DNA of 61,627 nt, counting the filler, from Gonapodya sp. JEL0774 (lineage: Eukaryota): NCBI GenBank assembly GCA_027604505.1. It is 16 parts of 16 records of this genome, joined end to end, with 100 filler letters (N's around TTAATTAATTAA, not from the genome) between each part and the next. Parts side by side here need not be neighbours in the genome. Positions count along the whole stretch, not along the records: positions 1 to 3,781 come from JADIIX010001148.1; positions 3,882 to 7,657 come from JADIIX010001149.1; 14 more parts are not named here. One strand, 5' to 3'. Of the stretch, positions 1-7,757 are shown one piece after another. A program made the position numbers and the translations under genes. Under the pieces are notes generated by a model. It saw only the letters and a program-made list of their open reading frames with translations, was not told where the DNA came from and searched no databases. Position 1 is the stretch's first letter, and each line of letters begins with the position of its first letter.

Positions 1-419
1 GTAGCTATAAAATACTGGCTACAGCAGAGTAGTTTTATTGCAGAGATGCAAGAAAATCAAACCGATGAAGAATGCATGAAGATGAGTCAATCTAATCCAG
101 TCCAAAGGTCCCTTTCTGCGCAAGTAGATCAAATGGTTCACGTTGATGTGATGGAAGCGCATCTCTCATCATGTAGATGAGAGCCCTTCTCTGCCTGCTG
201 TTATCATCATCAAATGGATGGTCCCAACAGTCAGTGACAGCCGCTACAAGCTCCTCTTGAGGTGGAAGTTCTAGAGGTTTTCGCTCCGTGAACAGACGTG
301 GGAGACTGGGAGGAAGATCCTTCGAACAGTCGTGCGCTTAGTATTCATCATACTCACGGAGGAGAAACTCAAGACAGTACGTACCGGATTTTCTGTGATT
401 TTGGCAGAAAGCCGAGAAA

Positions 420-1604
420 TTAGGCTCTCTCTGTACTGTGCCGTATCTCTTCCAACAAAGAAAGTGCCATTGCCCAAGGAATATTTGACCAACAAAGACA
501 CTCGTGCCCTCTTCTATCTTCACCTATCCAATAAAGTCGCCATTGGTGTCTAAGGTCTGACAATATGACCATTCCTGGAAGAGGCTGACGGTTCTCGTGA
601 TAAAGGAGAAGATATGCCTTAGCCTCAAATTCTCCACTGGCAAATTGGTCTGGCTTCTTTACTTCCACAAAAGCAAATCGGGCGCCTCGTGCAGTAAACG
701 TGATGTCTGGATTTCCTTTAAGAGTGAGCTGCATAAGAAGGAGCAGAATTAGACAAATCTTGCACGATCTTACCCATCAGCAGGAACACACAATATACCT
801 TCCCCAATTGTATTTTCAAGGAGTTTCCCTTTTGTGTGTCAGTGAAGGTGCAGTGACGAGGGAGCTTGATGTGCTGTTTGAACCACTCTAAAACACGATC
901 CATTTGTTGGCCCTCTGAAAGGCCTTCATCCCACTTGAATTTATCCACTTGTCAATCTTTCATCTTTGAAAATTGTTCGAAATCACTGGGTCCACCTTGT
1001 ACCCTCGGAATGCGTTTATAGTTCCATAATTTACAACTTGATGACGTAAACTCACCGGAAGCTCCATCAGTTTTAGGTGCTGCATGGCTTTTGTCATTGC
1101 TGCATATGACACTTCCGAGGCGGGGAATGAAGCTGCTTTCTCCTCATTATCTTCCCGAAGTCTTTTCACTAATTCATTGGCGAAATCATCAAGGTCAATA
1201 TCAAGTGGCCTGTTCTGCGGAGCACCTGGGAAATGTATCCCGTACAATGATCACTCTTTCAGTAGATAAAGGATCTCACGAACCTTGCGGTCGACGGACA
1301 ACGACAACGACGTGAATGCGCTTTTAGGAAGGGGTACTTGAAAGTATTCGGAAGTCTCGTCCAATGGCCCCATCACGTCCTCTTCCTTTAAGGTATCTTC
1401 CGTGATGGAAGCACGTGCCGCGTACGGAACGTCGACTTTCCAGAGTTCCAGGTTGTTTGCAGCGATGTCAGACAACTTTGGCGTGAGTTCCTCCTTGATG
1501 GCTGTCTTGAGGGAGTCCACCGACAAAGACGGTGCGATGGAGACCACGAAGGGTACGTTTTCGCCAAGCAGGAGACATGCGAGGGTGATCGTGGAGGCAG
1601 CCAC
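420..1604 (-). pseudogene. Crinkler (CRN)-family effector with a PD-(D/E)xK nuclease-like C-terminal domain, pseudogenised
   Basis: N-terminal header ITLACLLLGENVPFVVSI...LKTAIKEE...IAANNLELWKV, and the CRN end motif KRIHVVVVVRRPQ in a shifted frame near 1325. The C-terminal exon LKGNPDITF...FAFVEVKK is REase-like. Lesions: start context accGTGg at 1604, a 1-nt frameshift, and an in-frame TGA at 954-952. Several GT-AG introns. Confidence 0.8.
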
Positions 1605-2185
1605 GGTAGAATATATATTGAGTGGTGAATTTAGCCGAACTAGTCCGTTTCTGTTTGTGAGTCTCAAATCCAAACCAGTTGGACAATGAATTGACTCCTG
1701 GTGATTAGAGCTGCCATTGAAATATACGCAATAGGGCTACAACTTACATTTTCTCCAAGCATGTCTCCTCTCTTCCTTGAAGCACCTAGCAAAAGCATGT
1801 TTCTTTTCTATTTTCACTGGGTAATTACTAATTACAGCTCCTTTCTCTGGACGGTTGCAGAAGATCATCAAGCAGACGTCCGGGTGGACCATTTGAGAAT
1901 TCTTAAGTTATAAATGTATGCCTGTGTGGTGTGGGATCAACACGAATTCTCCGCTTGTTCTGGGGACAAAATATTATTGTCGTGCAGAAAAGGAGAGTCT
2001 AGACATATTAGCTACATGTTCATTAGTAGTTCTATCATCTACAAGATCCAAAATGAAGCCATTCCAGTGGCTCCAAGTCGATTATAATGAGCAGAGCGGA
2101 TGACTACCGCTATTCGAAGATTTACTGTACAAACGCGCACGCAATCCAGCACGTTGCGTTGTCATCGGACAGGAAACAGGCCTGT

Positions 2186-3698
2186 TCAAACACATGGGGT
2201 GCTGGCTATCTTGCTGTATGTGGCGAAGAGATGACCGTCCGCGACACCTTGAGACCCGCCCAAGGTGGTGAAAATATCCGGACTGATATCAAAATGTCCG
2301 TCGTATCCGCCCACCGGCCCACATTGATCCACGACTGTAATGCGCACTGTCACACCGTTCGCACTGTTTGTGAGGGCCCAGCAGCCACCACATTCAGGAC
2401 TGTTCCACGTTGCAAACGATGCAGCACCGACACGGGGGTACAAGGCCGAGAGGGTGGAGTATCCTTTGGTTATCAGACCGTTGGCACCATCCGAGCAGGC
2501 GGTCGTTGAGAGGGAGGTGGAGCTACTGTACATGTGATACGTGACGTAAGCCTGTAGACTTCCGGAGGCTGGAGGAGATGGAGGCGAGGGTGGCGGAGGA
2601 GGTGGAGGCGGTGGAGGTGGAGTGGACGGTGGTGGAGGTGGCGGGGAAGAACTAGCAGGCGGAGACGGTGGAGGCACCGGTACAGACGCTGCTTGCGCTG
2701 CAGGAAGGACATCCGTGCATTGAATCTCGCTTCCGACAGCTTGAGAAACAGTTTGGCAGTAGGTTCCACTGAAGGAGGTGGGTCGGCAGGACTGCATGCG
2801 ATGACAAACATAACTTTTGCAAATAAAAAACACCTTTGGCATGACTTTTCTGACCAACCAGTCTCTGAGCACTGGCGAAAAGCTGAGGAGGACACGCTTG
2901 GAAGGCATTCCAGAGTACCTGGATCAGAGTATCCACATGCATCAATAATTTCCCACTTAATGGCATCAAGATCAAGTTACTATGATACACACCGACCACA
3001 CAGGTGCCAGAGGACGTAGGAGGAGGTGCCGGAGATGGAGGTGGAGGAGGAGGTGCCGGGCCAGACACCGGAGATGGTGATGGACTTGGAGCAAGAGCCG
3101 ATGTGCTCGTGGAGGGAGGCGGAGAGGGTGGCACGGCTGCTGGGGTAGCGACAGTGACTATTGCACCTTGGACAGCAATGACCGCCAGTGAAGGTGTCGT
3201 AGAACCGGACGGAGTTCTGGCGGTTGTTGTGGAGATTCGGACACTTGTCGTCACACCAAGTTTAACTCCAGTAACAGATGCACTGGTGTCAGATATTTGA
3301 GATGGTTCCGAGCCGTTGACCCCGTCCGCGCTCTCAGTGGTTTGGCTTGCGGGAGTGCTCCGTGGAACGGTGACCCCTACAATAATTGTCACAAGCAAAA
3401 TTGCTAAAATAGCTCCCACGCCGTATATTAAGCGCCTACGCCTGGTAGCGGCCGTTTTTTCTCTGCTGGCCTCGTTGCGCGGTACTTCCCGATTGGGAAT
3501 TACGACAGTTGCAGTTGATCTGACACCCCGAGGCAAGTCCAGAGTTGCCTCAAGAGAGAAAGATGGCTCGATGATTGCCTCGCCTGGCTGCTGGGCGTTC
3601 CGATACCCGTCGAAACCTGGTGTCCGCATCGACATCTCCGGGGCCACTCTGCTGCCATCGTCTCGTCGAAAGCTTTCCGTGCGCCAGTGGGATGACAT
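2186..3698 (-). CDS. Type II membrane protein: TM helix, Ser/Thr/Pro stalk, small Cys-rich module and C-terminal cerato-platanin/DPBB domain
   Basis: RRRR followed by LIYGVGAILAILLVTIIVGVTV (signal anchor). Cys-rich CVVG|TLECLPSVSSSAFRQCSETGW...GTYC. C-terminal SLSTTACSDGANGLITKGYST...WNSPECGGCWALT...VVDQCGP..GHFDISP. Intron near 2920-2991; the second splice near 2790-2835 is unresolved. Confidence 0.75.
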
Positions 3699-3781
3699 CG
3701 TTGATGATTCGGACGAGCTTTCGAATGATGTGAGCGCGGCGTGCCAGACACCAGATTTATCTGAAAATCAAAGTGGGAACA

Positions 3782-3881
3782 NNNNNNNNNNNNNNNNNNN
3801 NNNNNNNNNNNNNNNNNNNNNNNNNTTAATTAATTAANNNNNNNNNNNNNNNNNNNNNNNNNNNNNNNNNNNNNNNNNNNN
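3782..3881. other. Artificial contig-joining spacer (first of 15 identical copies)
   Basis: N44-TTAATTAATTAA-N44, which gives stops in all six frames. It recurs at 7658, 11534, 15407, 19275, 23142, 27003, 30860, 34712, 38563, 42414, 46263, 50109, 53949 and 57789. Flanking contig lengths decrease monotonically. Confidence 0.99.
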
Positions 3882-4253
3882 TTTTGTCCGAACATCTTCA
3901 ATGAAGCGCGGCATGTGATGCGTATGCGCGGCGACCCATTCTATGCGTTCTTGGTGGAACAGTGTGTGTTCCGTGAGGGAGCCTTTGTGGAGCTTCAGAC
4001 CCTGCGACGTGCCCTAGGGTCAAACGGAAGTCGCATCAATCACTGCTCCATCGAACAAGCAGACACGCGGTTCAAGATCCAGACGATCAAGATATGCAAA
4101 AACTGCAAGAAGAAGGCGGGAAAGGGTTGCTGTGAATCATCGAGCAATGGCAATCGAACGACCGTGCAAGTGGTCAGAAACATGGCACTTGTGGATACTG
4201 CATTGGCCCAACAACCGACGTTGCGAAGCGGCTCATATGTTGCACAGAGATAA
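3882..4253 (+). CDS. 3' end of a putative NCLDV D5-like primase-helicase (5' part truncated by the contig edge)
   Basis: Open from the contig start: FCPNIFNEARHVMRMRGDPFYAFLVEQCVF...ICKNCKKKAGKGCC...NRTTVQVVRNMAL. As I recall it, this resembles the C-terminal tail (P-x-x-F...P-x-x-x-FL, CxxC-x6-CC) of giant-virus D5 helicases. The catalytic motifs are not on the contig. Confidence 0.5.
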   Translation, partial: FCPNIFNEARHVMRMRGDPFYAFLVEQCVFREGAFVELQTLRRALGSNGSRINHCSIEQADTRFKIQTIKICKNCKKKAGKGCCESSSNGNRTTVQVVRNMALVDTALAQQPTLRSGSYVAQR

Positions 4254-4373
4254 AATGACGGAAGGGAGCGGGAAGGTTTTGAGGGTACGCGGGTTTTGCC
4301 CGCTATCAGGGGGAATACGGAGAGCCCGAATGAGTTGATGGCGATTTCTATACATGTATCTATTGTACTTGTC

Positions 4374-5160
4374 TCAGATGGAGCGATAATTAAAATGCGG
4401 CGAGGATCTCAAGTCATCTGACCGTGCCTTAAAACTTTGTTCGCTTGCTTCTTGCAGTACCACTTCGATGGCAGTCCCACGAGCACAACAATATAGGTAG
4501 GGGTGGGTTCGAGCGCGACCTGGTGGAATCCCTGAGGACCATGCCTGATCCCCGTTTACCAGTTCTGCGAGTGTGCAAGCATTCTTTTGGCTTCCGCAAC
4601 GGGTTCTACAACATTGAGACTTCGTCTTCTGCAATTTGATTGAGCTCCCGTTGTCCGTCCAACACCTCCTGAAGCTCTGTCAGGGTGGGAATACAATTGT
4701 CATAAAATATGTTGCGATGTGTTCCCGCAACCTCAGCAAGGACTTTCTCTTGCAGGCAATAACTAATAGGTTGAGGTAATGCCATTGAAGGGAGACTCAC
4801 GGGAGAAAAAGATCCTGGCATGCTTCGTGGACGCAAACCTCCCGCAATCTCACACAAGGTTGGACCCGAATCCCTCCGGATGTTTTTTCCGCGTAAACTG
4901 CAAGAACACGTCCAAGACGCGTTTTGATCTTGTTCTTCCAGTACACGTACACATGGTAAGTACATGGGAAAAAATTGTAAGGCCAGAATTCTTGCGCGGC
5001 TCCAGGATATCCCTCCATTTGAACAGTGTGGTAGTCTGGTCATTGTCTTTCATCTCGAAAGCGAGGGGAGTCCTGACTGGTCGTGCTACTGGAATTTTCG
5101 ACGCCCCGAGACGCTCTCGTACCGTTCTGATTGTCAGGGATAGTCTGAGTTGAAGGTCGA
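4374..5160 (-). pseudogene. Fragmented coding relic, possibly a MATH/TRAF-C-like continuation of the RING gene
   Basis: Acceptor-like ttcttcgatcctacag at about 5161, followed by protein-like segments in shifting frames (TTLFKWRDIL...TIFS / YHVYVYWKN...LAVYAEK / FYDNCIPTLTELQEVL). Confidence 0.3.
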
Positions 5161-5220
5161 CTGTAGGATCGAAGAAAAACTACACACATGTATTTCCAAA
5201 GATTCGTTTTACATGTCAAA

Positions 5221-6474
5221 TTATATCAGGTTCAACGAAAGACGACGCCCAAGATCTCGTACCGCGCACGTGCTTGAACCAGCGTGAGCCTTCGCGGCGG
5301 CGGCACAAGTTGCCCTAAATTCGCAGACAGAGAATGTGGCAGTATGATAGTCCATATCGAGTGAGGCGAACGCGTACGGACAGTCTCGAGCGGTTTCCGG
5401 TGACTTGCATTCGAAACGCAGATGGCGCATCTGACTATCCTTGGTGCGACTTACTTGGAGCCCGCACGCGGTAAGAGGGCATACGATATTGGGGCAAGCG
5501 TCGAGAGTGCCGCTGCGGTGCCTGAGCAAGTCGCCGAAAGTCATGACCTTGTAGCAGTTGGAGCATGGTACGGAGATCTCCATGACTCTCTGAATCTGGT
5601 ACAATGCTTTCACGTGGAAGAGAAGAGGGTCTCCTTTGCAGCCGCCAAATTTACAGTTATAGTTCCGGGCTTCGATGTCGATCCGGCATAAAACGGCGGA
5701 GGTAGAGCAGACGGCGTGACCTTCGCCGCAGACGATTTTAGTCACGATTCGATGAAGGCAGATTGGGCATCTTACACGGTTGTCGATAAAAGGTTCATCG
5801 TCGGTGATTCCCAGGTCCTCGAATGATGAGTTCTCGTCCAGAGTGACGTAGTTTGAAAGTGGCTCGAAGTATTTGTGCCGGAGAGAATCGACCTTCTTAT
5901 CCAGTAGGGACGAAGGGTTGTCCGTATTGGAAACCATAACGAACGGCTGTGTCATCGACAGGTGCTGAAGAATCGTTCAACGTACAACAAGAGGGTCCGA
6001 CAAAATACCTTGGTCCCATCGTCACCGCCATTGGACTCTGCGTTGTGTAAGACGACGGGGTCGTTCTTGTGAGAGTGTCGAGCATGTGAGGTGTGATTCA
6101 AAGTATGAAAAAGGACCTTGAACTCACCGCTTGGTTTTGAGGGTCGGCGTTGCTCACCGAACCGCGCTTCGCCTTTGGTTTGGTCTCATGGTGCAAGGAA
6201 GAGAGAGAGTTCATGGCAGAGATAATGAGCAGCTCCACCAACTCACCAGCTTTTGTCGTCCAGTACTCGTCGAACCTCCTGACCCGCTCGGACTCTCGTT
6301 AGAACCGGTGACCTGGCAGAAAAATACCGGTTTTTTCATAGTGACGACGGAGATGGAGTTGGTTCGGAACGAACCGATGGATCGCGAACGCGCTTCAGCA
6401 GGAGAAGGTCCGGTGTAAGGCAGAGGTGGAAAAAAACGAATAGCGCGATATGGATGGCTTGCCTTGGCTGACAT
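5221..6474 (-). CDS. Spliced SIAH/TRAF-like RING zinc-finger protein
   Basis: CPIC...CGEGHAVCSTS...CKFGGC (RING-like), then VPCSNC...LLRH...CPNIVCPLTAC...MRHLRFEC (TRAF-type fingers). Three phase-0 introns (6185-6246, 6066-6127, 5965-6008) join ATG 6474 in frame to ORF 5221..5955. Confidence 0.65.
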
Positions 6475-6575
6475 TGGTACGATGGGGAATCGGCGATTGG
6501 GAATAATGTGGCTAGCTTTTGAACGGTCGCCAGCCGAGAAAAAGTGGCTCAGCCCATGGACAGCCCAAAAAAAAA

Positions 6576-7228
6576 TTAATTTTTATAATCATTCAATATA
6601 CATGCGGGGTCAATACCGGATGGAATATCTTTTCTACATTTAGAGTCACTGGCGTTGATCCAGACGGTTTCGCGAAAATCACGAATGCGGGAGGTTGCGT
6701 TGTCAAAGTCCTGCGCGAGAGCGAGGTTGACGAGAGCGGGGAGAGCGAATCTTTTGACGGATTGGATAGCGCGAGAGATGTAGTCAGGATTGACTGCGGG
6801 CCCGCAAAAGGCAACGAGGTCGATTCGGAGCGTTTCGCAAGCAGCGATGAATTTGGCCGTAACTGAACTCGTTGCTAGTTCATCTTCCAGTAGTTCGTAT
6901 CGATGCCAGATTTCGCGCGATTGACTGTTGTTCTGTGGTACAACAAATGCGAGAAGTAAAGTCAAAGGCATTGAGCAGCAAAATGACTGTTGCGAGTTAC
7001 CATTGAGAAAGGGAAGAGTTTCTTTGAGGGTGGCAGTTGGGAATTTGTGAGGTCGTCGCGTAAGCGGATGAAGAGAGCGTCAAATTCCGCGACGACCGCA
7101 TTCGCTTGTTTGCCTGCAGTACAAATGGAGGCTGCATGATTGGCTGTGATAGCGGACATGCGGTCGCGGACCAAACGAGCGACAGATAATTCGAGTTCTG
7201 AACGGAGATCGCGCCACGATAGAGCCAT
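6576..7228 (-). CDS. Hypothetical alpha-helical protein, two exons
   Basis: ORFs 6962..7228 and 6576..6971 join in frame via intron 6933-7000 (GTAACT...CCACAG; FSM|NNSQS). A TATA-like CTATATAG lies about 25 nt upstream of the ATG. Confidence 0.55.
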
Positions 7229-7269
7229 AATTGGGATTCGGAAAGTCGCTTCTATATAGTTTTTTAGAT

Positions 7270-7657
7270 TGAGATGAGATGGAGATGGGGATTCTAAAAC
7301 TTTTCGAAAGCAAATTCGGGATGGGGATGGGGATGGGGATGGGGATTCTAAAACTTTTCGAAAGCAAATTCGGGATGGGGATGAGGATGGGGATGGGGAT
7401 CAGACATTCTGAAAACTTTTCGAAAACTCATCCGGGATGGGGATGAGGATGAGGATGGGGATGGGGATGAGGATGAGGATGGGGATGAGGATGGGGATGG
7501 GGATGAGGATGGGGATCAGACATTCTGAAACTATTCGAAATCTCACCCAGGATGGGGATGGGGATGAGGATGGGATGAAGATTCTGAAACTTTTCGAAAT
7601 CTCATCCGGGATGGGGATGAGGGATGAGGATGGGATCAGAGATTCTGAAACTTTTCG
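7270..7657. repeat. Composite array: six conserved imperfect-palindrome cores separated by variable runs of G(G/A)GGAT hexamers
   Basis: Cores ATTCT(A/G)AAACT(T/A)TTCGAAA at about 7291, 7345, 7406, 7522, 7581 and 7642 (last one truncated). Spacers are GGGGAT/GAGGAT tandem runs. The array runs off the contig end. Confidence 0.95.
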
Positions 7658-7757
7658 NNNNNNNNNNNNNNNNNNNNNNNNNNNNNNNNNNNNNNNNNNN
7701 NTTAATTAATTAANNNNNNNNNNNNNNNNNNNNNNNNNNNNNNNNNNNNNNNNNNNN

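Noticed and set aside
5186..5216. ACATGTA...TACATGT hairpin after the RING stop (viral-type terminator)
   Set aside because: Only a 7-bp stem built from a self-complementary hexamer, which is expected by chance.
6933..7000. Apparent frameshift between ORFs 6962..7228 and 6576..6971
   Set aside because: Explained by a canonical 68-nt phase-0 GT-AG intron.
7270..7657. CRISPR array interpretation of the core/spacer pattern
   Set aside because: The spacers are hexamer microsatellite rather than unique sequence, their lengths vary widely, there are no cas genes, and the context is eukaryotic.
7270..7657. Telomere, or coding MGMRMR/IPIPIP repeat ORFs
   Set aside because: The hexamers are heterogeneous and regularly interrupted by cores, unlike telomerase products. 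The ORFs are by-products of a stop-free repeat. A subtelomeric location is not excluded.
7291..7657. Heat-shock elements (nGAAn arrays) in the cores
   Set aside because: TTC/GAA triplets are spaced 0-1 nt apart rather than the required 2 nt.
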